Assembly (NCBI GenBank): GCA_010015585.1
Contig: ML975150.1
Direction: 5' to 3' (one strand)
DNA length: 64,000 nt
Source: Eremomyces bilateralis CBS 781.70
Lineage: Eukaryota
Shown here: piece after piece, positions 1-11,922 of the stretch
Layout of the letters: the number at the start of each line of letters is the position of its first letter
How positions within the stretch are numbered: position 1 is the stretch's first letter
Notes under the pieces: model-generated
The model's input: only the letters and a program-made list of their open reading frames with translations
What the model was told of the DNA's origin: nothing
The model's database searches: none
Position numbers and translations under genes: made by a program

Positions 1-1612
1 TCTCGCCACAATGGCCATTGTTTGCTAATGCCAAAACCCACAGTCCGGTAATCCGGACATTTTCACCTGCGGTATCACTCACCCGTGCATATCGATTCTT
101 TTCCACGTGTACTGGAATCCTGAGCCTCGGTTTCTTGGGAGTGACAGCAAACACCCCACCAGTGCATTGGAGTCGCCGAGTAGTCGATCCGGGATCGAAA
201 GCTAGGAATAGAACATTTCTGCCGGCGAGAATTCTTGCAGGAGCAGCTGCCCAAGCGTCCAATCCTGTAAACGACCAGCACGGAGAAGAATGACGATCAT
301 CGCATCAGCATTTCATAATTACCCAGGAAGATCGACAACATCGGGCACGATTGACGAGATCTAAGGCCCCAACTACCAATAGGCAACAGTCCAAGAGAAT
401 GAGTAAAGGGGAAATCGCCACTTAAAAGGAATATCGACAACTGAAGTAAGTACTTGGGTTTGGTAATATAAGAACGCCACGCTCGAAAAACATAACCAGA
501 CATTATCAATTGATGACTGGGTGGTGGCAAGGGAGCGCCCTGTGGGATTAGCGCACTCTCCAGTATATCAGGGCTGGGTAGATACGCGAACTGCCAACTA
601 CCTGGGATAAAGCATAAAAATACGCTGATCGGGCATTGATTCTGTCCGAGTTCATGCCGATGCTTGCCCAAGCCTTGCCTGTTGGTCTGGTTGCTTGGCT
701 CGAGGAGATGTTTCTGCCCATTGCAGGTGAATACAGTGTACATGCAACGTGGAATAAGTAATTCAGACCGAAACGCCGGATTTATACGATGATTAATTCC
801 CTGGGCATCGACACCGGTTAAACACACAACGACGTGGTGGCGTTTATAAAGTCTCGGCCGGTCAAAGAGTCCAGCTTCGCCGTGGCGGGCCGTTTTCCAT
901 GTCATCATCCGATTCTTCCCCAATTCTCCCCCACCCGCCGGTCAAGGAACTCAACTCTCTTCAAAACCTTTCCACCAGTCCACCACATAGTTATCCGACC
1001 TTGCATGAAAAAAGCATCGAGTTTCCATTCCTAGACAGCCTCATCCTTCCAATCTCCATCTTCGCTGCATTTTATCACAATATTTGGTACACCTTTCCGC
1101 TACACCCTCCCACCAGGTCCCTTCTCATTCGTCCCTTCGGTTCGCCCCTCTGCAAGGCTCTATTAGATCTTGGCCAACTTGGATTGACCCTGAGTTTGGT
1201 CCCTTACCTGCTCGCTATCGTCGTCATAGCCGGACATCAAACAGCACACTCGTGGTTGCAATTCGGGGTCTACTCCACTCACCGGGAGGCTCTGTTGACC
1301 AGTTGGCAGTTGACCGACCGACCTCATCGCAACCCTCCATTGTGGGATTGTGCACCCTCTCGACAGGTATGTATAGGCCGATATATCCCCTTCGTCGACC
1401 ATCTCCCCTCCCTCAGAATCTGCAGCTCAACCCCTCATGACATACCTACCACTTGGAGACGTCGTTCAACTGACGCATCCACCATGACTACCAGCGTGGT
1501 ACTACACGCCCGAGAGGGACTTTTTGGATATCCAGGCGGGAGGAATATATTCACTCCTGGCTGGGAGTTACCACCCCACACTTCCTGTCCGACGGTAAAG
1601 GGAACGCTCACA

Positions 1613-4405
1613 ATGGACTCTCGTTACTATCGACCGCCGTCACCGCGACGACTTGTCGCTCCAGGCCGTGCCACCACGGGCAACTTTGACAGTCACGATG
1701 GATACCATACGATCGCTCGAAGCCCTCGGGAGTACACCCCACGATCAAGCGCGGAAAGAGTTGGCGCAACTGGCGGTGTGACCCCTCTATCATCCGAAAC
1801 TTACGTCACGCCTTCCCATCGGTCAAGTGCTTATAACTATGCGGGACGTCCTCGACGAGACTCGGAGCAGACGCGAGGCAGTCGACCACAGGTGATTCAA
1901 TCGTCTCGCAACCGGCCCCCGAGCCCCATCCACGGTTCGTATGAACGGGACAGCTACAGCCAACCCGGGTCCACAGCTCCCAGGAGAGACCACTCGAGGC
2001 TCGTGGACGAACGGGATCTCGAACGCCATGATTACCGCAGCCGCGAGCCTCGAGAGCGGGGCCGGTACCCGCCATCCAATCGTTCGCGCGAGGTCGACGA
2101 GGCGAGTTACTCGTACACTGACCCGGCTGGCATGTTCCGCGATACGGAACCATCATGGAGGCCGAGACGAGGTAGCCCGGAGGGTCGGAGAGAGCGGCCG
2201 ATAAGTATGGCTGATGCGTATCCGGCGCCGCGATCGTCCGTTAGAGACTTAGGTCCGCCACCGTCGAGTCGGGGACTCGATAAGCTTAATGACGGGATCC
2301 ATCGGACCGGCAGCCTTGCTGATCGGACAAAGCACGCACGTGACCTCGATCCTGAGTATTTATACCGTGACGGGGAAAGGGAATCGTTTGCTCCACCGCC
2401 CAGGGCAAGCACTGCCTATGTCCCTCAACAAATCATCCAACGACAGAATACATTTGAAGAGCCCCCCTATCCTCCATCGGACTACGAGTCCCGACGTGAA
2501 CCCCGGCCAGTATCTCGCTATGTAGACGAGGCGATCCAGACCCGTGGATTCGGAATCCGCGCGGGCAGCCTCGACCGCCACAGCGCTGAGCGCGGGCGCA
2601 GCCTAGAACGAGAAACCACCTTCCCCGTCGAGGAACCCGCCATCGAGCAGCCTCAACTCCAGGATTTCATCCCCGATGCCGGGAAAGGCGCCCGGAGAGA
2701 CTACGATCGCCGGGATCGCGGCCCGGATGACTATCGCGATAACGAACGCCATGAGCGGTCGAGCCTTCGCGATGGGGTGGAGAGGGGCCTTCCTGCCGTC
2801 GCGGCCGCCACCGCTGCCTACGGCGTGAGCGAGGCGATCGATCGCAAATTGAAAGATCATCAATATGACAGCCGCGACGAGCGACCTCGGGAGACTCGAG
2901 CGCTACCACGAGATGACCGCGATGACCGCGATGAGCGGCCACGTGAGATTCGACCGCCTCCACGAGTAGACCGTGACGAACGGCCACGGGAGATTCGACC
3001 ACCGCCACGAGATGACCGCGATGAGCGGCTACGGGAGACTCGACCGCCACCCCGAGATGACCGTGACGAACGACTACGGGAAATTCGTCCACCGCCTCGA
3101 GATGACCGTGACGAACTACCGCGGGAGACTCGACCGCCACCACGAGACGATCGCGTGCGCGACGACCGGCCAAAAGAAGACCGATCCCGCCGTCCCAGAC
3201 ACGACAGCCCACCCGAAAACGAACCCCATGAGCGTCATATGGCCGCTGGTCTCGATGCCCACGACATTGACGAACGCCGCACCGAACGTAAAGACAAGCC
3301 CGCCCGCGAGCTCACCGCCGAAGAAGACTACCTTCAGCGCGTGGAACGCGAACGGGAGCTGACTCGTCAACGCGATACGCACCGTGACTCGGACGACTCG
3401 GACAGGGAAAGGGATCGGCGGCGGCGGGAGCGGGAGCGGGAGCGCGAACGGGATCGGGGCGGAGATCGGGACCGGGATCGAGATCGAGAGCGCGAACGCC
3501 ACCGACGAAGTTCCGACTCCGACGACGCCAAACCCCGCATGCTCGAAGGCCCGCCCACGTCCCGCGAGCTGCGACCGCTCAGCCCCGGCCACACGGAAGG
3601 CTCACGAGATCCCTCGGAGACGCGGCTACGGATCGTGGAGCCGCCGAAGAACGACCGGGAGACGACCCCACCCCCTCGATCGATCCTGAAGGCGCCGACG
3701 CAGAAGTTCCCGGAGGACCCCAACCCAATCCGGGAGGGGGTGGCGCCACTGAAGGACGCGACGAAGGCGGGGGTGCCGGCGGGGGCGCGGTGGACGAAGA
3801 TCGATCGGCGGCTGGTGAATCCGGAGGCGTTGGAGGAGTCGAAGGTACGGTATGAGGAGCGGCAGGACTGCGTGATTGTGTTGAAGGTGCTGTCGAAAGA
3901 GGAGATTCAGCATTTGGCGAATCGGACGAAGGAACTGAGAGGTAGGCGTGGGATATTTCGTTCCCCTTTTACATCGTTTGAGTCGTTCTCTTCGTTTTCT
4001 TTTGATACTGCTGCGTCTGGTTCTTCTTCTTCCGCTTCTGGTTCTGTCGAGTCCAAGCACGTGGACGATGGGGATGACGAATCTCCACCACGCGCGTTAT
4101 CTTCCCGCCCAACCGTCGAGATCAGTCCTCGACCGCGGCGGGAGGATGGATCGGACTCTCTTGTATGGACGGTGGAACTTGCGGAAGAACAAAATCAGCT
4201 TCCTTCTCGGTTGCAGATTGCTCGCGGTTTTCTCGGATCAACACTGACTGGATTTCCGGACGAAGAATCGAGAGACAGAGATAGACATCGTCATGATCGA
4301 CGACATGAGAGGAAGGATCGAGATGAAGATTCTGATGAGAATGGGCGGGAGCGGGAGCGAGATAGGCATGAGTCGTCGAGGCATAAGTCCAAGGATGATC
4401 GGTGA
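1613..4405 (+). CDS. Conserved fungal Arg/Asp/Glu-rich protein with a C-terminal ARWTKIDRRLVNPEAL...VIVLKVLSKEEIQ domain (function unknown)
   Basis: Open frame 899-4405. The 899-1612 part looks UTR-like, so the start is placed at MDSRYYRPPSP (1613); 1484 is an alternative. The C-terminal motif is recognisable from conserved ascomycete hypothetical proteins. Possible intron at 3942-~4265. Confidence 0.75.
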   Translation: MDSRYYRPPSPRRLVAPGRATTGNFDSHDGYHTIARSPREYTPRSSAERVGATGGVTPLSSETYVTPSHRSSAYNYAGRPRRDSEQTRGSRPQVIQSSRNRPPSPIHGSYERDSYSQPGSTAPRRDHSRLVDERDLERHDYRSREPRERGRYPPSNRSREVDEASYSYTDPAGMFRDTEPSWRPRRGSPEGRRERPISMADAYPAPRSSVRDLGPPPSSRGLDKLNDGIHRTGSLADRTKHARDLDPEYLYRDGERESFAPPPRASTAYVPQQIIQRQNTFEEPPYPPSDYESRREPRPVSRYVDEAIQTRGFGIRAGSLDRHSAERGRSLERETTFPVEEPAIEQPQLQDFIPDAGKGARRDYDRRDRGPDDYRDNERHERSSLRDGVERGLPAVAAATAAYGVSEAIDRKLKDHQYDSRDERPRETRALPRDDRDDRDERPREIRPPPRVDRDERPREIRPPPRDDRDERLRETRPPPRDDRDERLREIRPPPRDDRDELPRETRPPPRDDRVRDDRPKEDRSRRPRHDSPPENEPHERHMAAGLDAHDIDERRTERKDKPARELTAEEDYLQRVERERELTRQRDTHRDSDDSDRERDRRRRERERERERDRGGDRDRDRDRERERHRRSSDSDDAKPRMLEGPPTSRELRPLSPGHTEGSRDPSETRLRIVEPPKNDRETTPPPRSILKAPTQKFPEDPNPIREGVAPLKDATKAGVPAGARWTKIDRRLVNPEALEESKVRYEERQDCVIVLKVLSKEEIQHLANRTKELRGRRGIFRSPFTSFESFSSFSFDTAASGSSSSASGSVESKHVDDGDDESPPRALSSRPTVEISPRPRREDGSDSLVWTVELAEEQNQLPSRLQIARGFLGSTLTGFPDEESRDRDRHRHDRRHERKDRDEDSDENGRERERDRHESSRHKSKDDR
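2873..3155 (+). repeat. Coding tandem repeat, ~45-bp (15-aa) unit RDER(P/L)RE(T/I)RPPPRDD, about 6 copies
   Basis: Directly visible in the translation and DNA (gatgaccgcgatgagcgg / gatgaccgtgacgaacg units). Confidence 0.9.
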
Positions 4406-4987
4406 ACGGCGAGCGGGTGACGATCGACTAGGAGGTGGATGAGTGTTGAGCGTGGTGCAAGAGTTTTGTGAACATTGTCATTTATTTGAGCGTTTAGTAT
4501 TTAGTACGATAGGAGACGCTAGCGTTCTGGATATGGAATGGGAACGATACCATCATGGTCGTAAGATAGGGAGTTAGAGACTTGGCGATATTTTGGTAGC
4601 AAAATGCGGTAATGTTTCGCTTAGTCTAAATATGTAGAAGAATTCAAGATATCAGACAACACTATTGGATCTACGGTTGGATCTGGGTCATAGATCCATC
4701 ATATATTCCCGTGAGGATACTCTACATAGCATTTGAACTAACAGTCGCACATTTCGCTATATCATTAGGAATTGTGACCCCTCACCCATTTCTTGGTCCT
4801 TGAACGTTTGCTTTGTTCGATTGGTAAGTGATCATACATGTTGATATACATGATGCGGTTTAACCATTCCTACTTTGGCTCCAAACCAACGCTGTGCACC
4901 AGAATCTCATCCCCAAGCGCCATGACTCCTCGCAATGCATCTAATAATCTCGACGCATCCACCATCCAAGAGTAATCCCCTATTCTC

Positions 4988-5494
4988 TTAGAAACCCGGC
5001 GGATTCAACCTCTGGCTCACCCTCGTCCATTTCGGCAGCTCTGTTCAAATGTCAGCATAGCTCACTCCACACCTTCCCATTGACCACGATCCATATCTCA
5101 GCCAGGAGAACACTCACTATGAATTCCCTTCCTATATTTCTTCACCTTCTTATCGAACATGGTGTATTTATCCTTCGCCAACATCTCCGCCTCCGTCGGC
5201 ATCTCCTCCTTCCATCGCTCGACCGCGGCAACGGGCTTGCCCAGCTTCTGCAGCGCGGCGTCGACGGTGGCAACGACCTTGTCGACGTGCTTCAGGCGTT
5301 GGCGATGGCGGTATTTTTGCGGGCGGGAGAGACGGTAGGGGATTTTCCTGGGATGGGTTAGTGGTTGATATGGGAGTCTGTGGTGGATGGATGAATGCGA
5401 TGAGGGGGAAAGAGGTGGTGTCGGGGGTGGGAATGGGAATTTACCAAAGGAGACCTCCAAAAAGGGGCCCTGATGGACGGAACGCGCCGAACAT
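4988..5494 (-). CDS. MRPL31: Mitochondrial large-subunit ribosomal protein mL60 (MRPL31)
   Basis: Spliced model with exons 5494-5445, 5347-5118 and 5040-4988 gives MFGAFRPSGPLFGGLLWKIPYRLSRPQKYRHRQRLKHVD...[36 protein letters not shown]. This is the typical fungal L31 sequence; introns are canonical GT-AG. Confidence 0.95.
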
Positions 5495-5721
5495 GGTGAG
5501 TTGGATGGGATATGGGTTGCGGCGTGCAGCAATTGAAGATTCGTGATGCGGAACAGCGGAAGATATAAAGTTGAATTCGGAGGCTTGGAATTGGTGCGGA
5601 ACTTCCCGTGTCTATTGTGGAGACGTGAACAACAACACCAACGCCCATTTGATATCAACTTGATATCCTCCAACCATCGCACCTAAATCGCATAGCATTA
5701 GTGCTAGGGCGGACAGTGATC
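5495..5721. promoter_or_regulatory. Compact bidirectional promoter region between divergent MRPL31 and TRS20
   Basis: Only 227 bp separate two head-to-head start codons. Confidence 0.6.
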
Positions 5722-6325
5722 ATGTCCTATTACTTTGCCATTATTGGCACCAAAGACAATCCCCTTTTCGAACACGAGTTCGGAACCTCGAGACAAGGCG
5801 GTGACGGCGTTGCGCGATTCCGTGAAGATGCGAGGCATATGAACCAGTTCATCGTGCACAGTAGTCTAGATATCGTAGAAGAGGTGCAGTGGGGAGGCGG
5901 GCAGATGTATGACTCCCTATTCCGATCCTTTACAAGCTGTCTCTTTGTTGGAACGAACCCGTCGTCACCATAGATCTGACCTGACGTCCTATAGGTATCT
6001 CAAACACGTCGACTCTTTCCGCAACTCCCACGTCTTCTCCTTCATCACCGGCGGCAACGTCAAATTCATGCTCCTCGTCGCTCCCGACACGCATAACGCG
6101 TCGCGCGCCTCGTCCGCATCGACAGCGCGAAGCTCGACCTATGGCCAGGTCAGCACGTACAACCCGACCGCTCCGTCCACCGAAGAACCCATCCGGAACT
6201 TCTTCATTGAGGTGTACGACGCTTGGTTGAAGACGATCATGAGTCCGTTTTACCAGGTCAATATGCCTGTGAAGAGTCCGGTGTTTCGGGGACGGGTTGC
6301 CGGGGCAGCGAAGAAGTATTTGTGA
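5722..6325 (+). CDS. TRS20: TRAPP complex subunit Trs20 / Sedlin (TRAPPC2)
   Basis: MSYYFAIIGTKDNPLFEHEFG...NQFIVHSSLDIVEEVQW...MYLKHVD...VYDAWLKTIMSPFY...KKYL*; intron 5907-5994. Confidence 0.95.
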
Positions 6326-7082
6326 TGGGTGGATGGCTAGCAATAGGTCCAGCTTTGATTTGTCTTGCGTTAAGTTCCCGCGAGCCGGTCGCTGCTGGCG
6401 ATATTACACCCTTTTCCAAAAAACTTGAGTTGGCCTTAGCAATCCGACTTATGACACGCTTCCGGGAGGCACAGGGCTGTGGTAAGACCAAAGCCTTTTT
6501 TGGCCCTCCATTCAACACTATACTAACACTGGCACTCTTAGACGACCAAAACGTGGTGGCTAGGTTGTTCATACATTCCCCCGGGGTAATATGAGAACAG
6601 ACATCCCGTTTAATGGGCTCTGCAATAGCTAAGAACCCCTGCGCCAGTTCTTGGAAGCGCCGATGCGTCAGGATGAAATTCGAATGATGCGGGTTCAGGC
6701 CATTGTCCTAGCCACTACCGATGATACCAGAATTAACTCAAGTCATCAATTACCTCTGTGGTTATTATGCTTGATGCGATGCGGTGTCAATTACCCCTCT
6801 AAACCGCATATCGTGGGACAACAGCCAAGTTGCTACCATAGCCGGCCACCGGGCTAATAACGAACTGGATACATCCTTTTCGATGCTAGCAGGACGAGAT
6901 TTATGGCCGTGGTAAGACAGCTCTTCCACCTACTTCATCGAATAAGATCTCGCACTCCGACCTGAACCATCATAGCTTCACTCCTCTGCATTTTATTACA
7001 TCATACAAGATGTCATCATTAATGGCCGTACGAGCAATCCAGGGTGATGTAGCTTGTAATTCTTAAGCAATACCAGCGGCTA

Positions 7083-8441
7083 TTATTCCTGACGAATACT
7101 GGTGTCGACCGAGCCTAAGCGCCTAACACCTGCAATCTCGCCAAGTGTTTTCCGTACCTTCTCTACCCCAGCAGCGTAGACGAGAACACTGTACACGCCC
7201 ACGCCTTCTTTGTTAAAAAACTCCACGCAATTGGTATCGAGCAGGGAGCTGTGTATGGACAAATAATCCAAGTCCAATTCACGTAGGGTCTTGATCACGT
7301 CGCCCCAGGGGTTGATTTCATCCTTAGCATCTCCAGCGGGGTAGGTGGAGAGAATTCGGAAAAAGATTAGAGTGAGCGACCGAAGAGTCTTTTTATGGCT
7401 TCGGAGGAAGGCCACGAAGGGGTCCAGGTTGGCTGAACACTCTGTCAAGCAGAGGGATTTCAGTGGAGGCAGCTCGGAACTGTGTTCGGCCAGACGGAGT
7501 AGCGTGCCATCGCAGATCTCCTTTCCGGAAAAGCCAAGCGATAATTCCGTCAAATTCGGCGCCAGATCGATAAGTTGCGTAGGCAGTGAGGACGGTTGGT
7601 AGGGCTTCGGGCTCGTTATTATGGCCTTCAGGTCCAGCGACAGCTTTTGCAGATTCCGAAACTGTTCCGATAGGCCGAGGGGGATGCTACCAATGATCGA
7701 ATCATGATCGACATAGAAATTATTGTAATAATCACCCCTCTCAAAATCGATTGAGAATGCATGAAGCTCCACAGCGCTTTTTGAAACGGCACTCAAAACT
7801 ACATAGAGGGTGTAATCGACCACCGAAGATCGGTCAAGGTACGGGCTTTTAAACGGGTCGTAACGCCATCCACCTTTGCCATATTCGCGATCTAGGGCCT
7901 GCGTAAATCGGTTCACTCCCCATGGAGCTGGCTTCCATCGCATTGCGGCTGGTCCAACAATACTGACAGATCTGCAATTGCGAAGGTTCAGCATTGCTTT
8001 GTCCAGCAGCAAAGCGACATCGTCAGGGATTTTTGGTTTTAGTTCACGTGGCCATATTCCAGGGTTGAGCGGAAGGGTGGCCACCTTGTCAAGGGCGATT
8101 CGACGGAGCGAAATATCCAGACTGGAAACACAGGGTCCAAGAATGGGGTGTTGTGAGATATCAACGAGGCATTGCAAGCTGTCCTCGCCTAGGAAATGGG
8201 ATCTTTTTTGGAAGTACCGATTGATGAAGAGAGGCCAACTTGCATCTCGGAGGCTCCGGCACGACAAGCGAGTTGCGAACAGAGTGTCGACGGATTCATC
8301 GAGAAGGCCAGCCCAGTCAACGACTATGATCAGCAGTTCGGATGGAAGGGACAATAGAGAAACCACTGTTGATTGTCTTGAGTCCCTACTGGATAGCCTC
8401 TTTGATAACCTAGCAAGCATCTTTGACCGTCTGGAACGCAT
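7083..8441 (-). CDS. F-box-like protein with degenerate LRR-like C-terminus (paralog 1)
   Basis: 452-aa intronless ORF. It has LLSLPSELLIIV...RLSCRSLRDASW (F-box-like), the family motif EDSLQCLVDISQHP, and LxxLxL repeats. Confidence 0.75.
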   Translation of the reverse strand: MRSRRSKMLARLSKRLSSRDSRQSTVVSLLSLPSELLIIVVDWAGLLDESVDTLFATRLSCRSLRDASWPLFINRYFQKRSHFLGEDSLQCLVDISQHPILGPCVSSLDISLRRIALDKVATLPLNPGIWPRELKPKIPDDVALLLDKAMLNLRNCRSVSIVGPAAMRWKPAPWGVNRFTQALDREYGKGGWRYDPFKSPYLDRSSVVDYTLYVVLSAVSKSAVELHAFSIDFERGDYYNNFYVDHDSIIGSIPLGLSEQFRNLQKLSLDLKAIITSPKPYQPSSLPTQLIDLAPNLTELSLGFSGKEICDGTLLRLAEHSSELPPLKSLCLTECSANLDPFVAFLRSHKKTLRSLTLIFFRILSTYPAGDAKDEINPWGDVIKTLRELDLDYLSIHSSLLDTNCVEFFNKEGVGVYSVLVYAAGVEKVRKTLGEIAGVRRLGSVDTSIRQE

Positions 8442-9812
8442 GTTTGATTCTCTAGTATTGATGTTAGTCTCATCCGAAATATATCAATATATTAACCAGA
8501 CACAAGCCAGAGATTGACTGACAACTAATCGTCTCCTGCGTAGAGGCTAGTCTCAAATATGAGATCATCTATGGTCTAGAAGGCAGGAGAAAGGATGAGA
8601 AGCTCATCATCTAGACCGGTAGGTAACTCTCTTGGTCTTGAATGAAATCAATCACCTTGTGCTCATTCAGACGTTGAAGTGTCAAATAAGATGGTCCACG
8701 ACGTGTAGCAAGAGTAGCTTCAGTGATTGGGCAGTTAAGGTAGGTATGTTCCGCACTGTCGCTTCAAGTAATACAAATATTCAACCTGAGCTAAAACAGG
8801 AAACGATCACGGTGAGCATAGCGCTCCAATTCAGTTCTGACTATTTGTTCAATTAGCTTCGACGAAGGGTGTGAGGAGTTGACATCGAGGTTGAACCGAA
8901 TACGAACGAGGCGGAGCTTCGAAATGAGACATGGTACCGTATCACGTGGCAACTCCTGAATTGACCCCTTTTGCTGATATTCCATCTTCAGGGTCAAGGA
9001 AGAACGCCTACCAAAGTCCAAAGCAGCGCTATCTAGAAGCTGAGATTTCTCGGCACCACTAGGAACATTATGGGGATGGCGGCAGTACCTTAGCTTCAGC
9101 ACTTTCGTCATGTATGCGCATTCCGGCGATAAAGTATTCATTAAGTATTGTGTACTGTGTCACAGAATATCTGTGTTTCTTGGCGTTTCCCCACAGCTTC
9201 ATTCCGTATTCGATTCTATCCCTATTCTTTCCCTTCTTAGGGAAAAGATCACCATTGTAAACCATATAAAATAGCTGCAGGAACAGCCTGTTTTCGTAGG
9301 ATCCGGCTCTTCAGGATCAAGGTTAATCTATCTACGCTCTTTTGGAATCTAACGGTGTTTTCCCACTGTGTCGCTGCATTAATCACCTGATTGAGCGAAA
9401 CCGCTATTTATCTCACATACTGCGGCCGATTCATTTAATCGTAGAATATATTCCTGCGGGATCAGTATCTTCCAGCTAGTACAAAGTACCTTAAGTAAGA
9501 GGACTTACCACGTAACCGCAATTCTGAGAGCTAAATATCTTATTAGGATCTACCCTATCGTATACTCTGAGGGGTGGGAGAAATTAATGATTCTTTCCCT
9601 TTGACCTCCTGCTCCAGTGTGCGGAAAACGATTCATCAACTTGCTAAGCTGGAAGAAGTATAAAGGGGACGAGGTTCGACATCTCGAGGGTACGCTTTAA
9701 GGTCATCAATTTTTCCACCCATCCGGAAGCACTCAGATGGCAACGCTTCATTTGGTGATGATCCGCGACTAACAGTCCGAAGGAATTCAGACCTCTATAC
9801 ACGTCAACCAGC

Positions 9813-11216
9813 ATGGCGACCCTATTATCCCTGCCACCAGAACTGTTTTTAGAGTTCTTCGAACACATCGACTGGTCCGACACGCCGTCGTCGCTTCTAT
9901 CGATTCGGGCATCTTGCCGTGCTCTGCGAGACGTCAGCTGGGACGCCTTCGCAGATAATTACTTCAAGCATCGAACCCATCTCGTGAACGAGGACAGCAT
10001 TCAATGCTTGATTGATATATCTAAGCATCCTCACCTATGTGAGGCTGTTGAATCGCTCTCTTTTCCCATTACTCGAATCGTCGCCCGGAAGAAAGATCGC
10101 GTAGAGGGGATGTATGCAAATCAAAAATTTCGAAGGTCTTGCGGCAAGGACACAATGCTCTTATCCTATGCCATGTCCAATCTTCCGAGCGTGACAGAAA
10201 TTTTCATTATCGCAGAAGAGGAAAATACTGAAGAGGAGGACGCCGAAGAGGAAGACACCGAAGAGGAAGAAGCAGAAGAGGAAGAAACTGGGGATAAAGA
10301 AACTGAGGAGGAACTCGAAAATAAAGAAGCTGAAGAGTTACGACGTCGTGAAAATAGGAGATCTGGTGGCAAACATCGACTCGCCCTAGCGTTGAAAGAA
10401 GACAACCTGAAGTTCAACACCGTGTATAGGCTCTCAGACGCACCAGCAAAAGAGGGGGATAATCACTGGGCATACACTTTTAATGTTATCAGCTCGGCGC
10501 TCAGCCTGAACGCAATTGAGCTTCATACATTCAACATTTTTATATTCAACAAAGCCGAAGCTGGTCTCCCCATCGACTGTTTAAAACTTCCTCCTGACAT
10601 ACAGACAGGCTTATCAGGGGCATTCTTCGAATTGGGGTCCTTGAATTTGGACCTGGATAATCTGGGCGGTAACGGGTTTTACAACAGCTACCCGATTCTG
10701 ACCAATTTTGACCTTTTAACTCAATTCGTCGGACTTGCACCACGCCTCAAGACATTATGCCTCCGCTTCCAGACACACCACGGAGACTGTGCCAGCCTTT
10801 TTTCTCACATGGCTGAGCACCTGCACCTGCCCGAACTGATCTCTCTCGAGTTGGGAAAGTTCTCTGGCTCGACGGACAGTCTGCTGAAATTTCTTCACAA
10901 ACACAAGGGTGTCCTGAAGGAGGTGGCATTGAATGAATTCAACATTCTTGAAGAACAAGTCGACGACACTTTTCACAGTACAGGCGGCTGGATGTCGGTT
11001 GTACGGGACCTTGAGGAGTTCGGCGTGAGTTTCCTCATACTTAAAGACTGCTTGGTAAATGCCCAGTTTATTCTGTTTAAGCAAGAGGATGGCACGGTTG
11101 AGGAGTCGTTCGCGTTAGAATCATATACAGATGCTTTGAAACAGAGCCCAGAAGGTTATCGAAGGAGGCTCAAGGCTATTCAAGGGACACGAACCGAGCC
11201 CAACTTCCACTATTGA
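9813..11216 (+). CDS. F-box-like protein with LRR-like C-terminus and Glu-rich insert (paralog 2)
   Basis: 467-aa ORF. It has LLSLPPELFLE...RASCRALRDVSW...EDSIQCLIDISKHP and is clearly paralogous to 7083-8441. Confidence 0.78.
   Translation: MATLLSLPPELFLEFFEHIDWSDTPSSLLSIRASCRALRDVSWDAFADNYFKHRTHLVNEDSIQCLIDISKHPHLCEAVESLSFPITRIVARKKDRVEGMYANQKFRRSCGKDTMLLSYAMSNLPSVTEIFIIAEEENTEEEDAEEEDTEEEEAEEEETGDKETEEELENKEAEELRRRENRRSGGKHRLALALKEDNLKFNTVYRLSDAPAKEGDNHWAYTFNVISSALSLNAIELHTFNIFIFNKAEAGLPIDCLKLPPDIQTGLSGAFFELGSLNLDLDNLGGNGFYNSYPILTNFDLLTQFVGLAPRLKTLCLRFQTHHGDCASLFSHMAEHLHLPELISLELGKFSGSTDSLLKFLHKHKGVLKEVALNEFNILEEQVDDTFHSTGGWMSVVRDLEEFGVSFLILKDCLVNAQFILFKQEDGTVEESFALESYTDALKQSPEGYRRRLKAIQGTRTEPNFHY
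10215..10289 (+). repeat. 15-bp coding tandem repeat (gaagagga-core; EEExx x5)
   Basis: Units gaagaggaaaatact / gaagaggaggacgcc / gaagaggaagacacc / gaagaggaagaagca / gaagaggaagaaact. Confidence 0.85.
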
Positions 11217-11922
11217 TTAGTAGGATTTGCATCCATAGCTTTGCAATTCAAAGTGTACAATCACAGTACTTTGCACGCCTTCAGGAAAGCTTTCCCGCAT
11301 ATCCATACTATCAAAGCCTGGAATAACAAAGCTTCATCCTCATCCGTCCAGCGAGGGCAAAAATTTAGTCTGAGGCATAAATATTCCCCTGCTGACAAGG
11401 ATATGCGAAAAACGCATAGTCACGCGATGGTAACCCTTATTCATCTCGTTTGCCTATGGTTCTCCATCTCTGGCTTTAGGGCATCGGATTATGGCGAATG
11501 ACCCATCCGAAAAGGGCGGTGGGCGTGCGAAAGCTGCGAAGGACTTAGCCCCCGCAAGAGACAGCGACGTCAGTAGAAGATAGGCTTAATAATGAGAAGT
11601 AGCTATAAAGGTTCAAAGGCCGGTAGCTGGAAGGCTTCCTGCAATAACCCTTGGTAGTAACAACGAGGCCTCGCGAGGTCTTAAAAGGAGCTTCCGAAGA
11701 TAATATCGTGACAGGAGCTACAACAACTTTTTGAAGAAGATGAAGCCGTCTGATGAGCATGATCAGGATACCCAGTTTATGCAATTTTACAACGCTAGTA
11801 AGAATTGGGCTGGCGCTGGGGACAAATCTCCTTTTGAGGACAAATCTCACCAGCCATCCTCAGAATCGGGTGGGAAAATTTCAGCAGTCTTTGGAGAATA
11901 CTGTCACGATTCGCTTTCAGAG

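Noticed and set aside
297..923. 208-aa minus-strand ORF and other short ORFs at the window start
   Set aside because: No recognisable motifs or coding-like composition; probably promoter/UTR sequence.
899..1612. N-terminal 238 codons of the 1168-aa ORF
   Set aside because: Pyrimidine-rich, UTR/intron-like and unlike the rest of the protein; treated as an incidental open-frame extension.
8600..9300. Protein-like fragments between F-box paralogs 1 and 2 (checked as a possible Starship captain relic)
   Set aside because: No tyrosine-recombinase motifs recognisable; too fragmentary to call.
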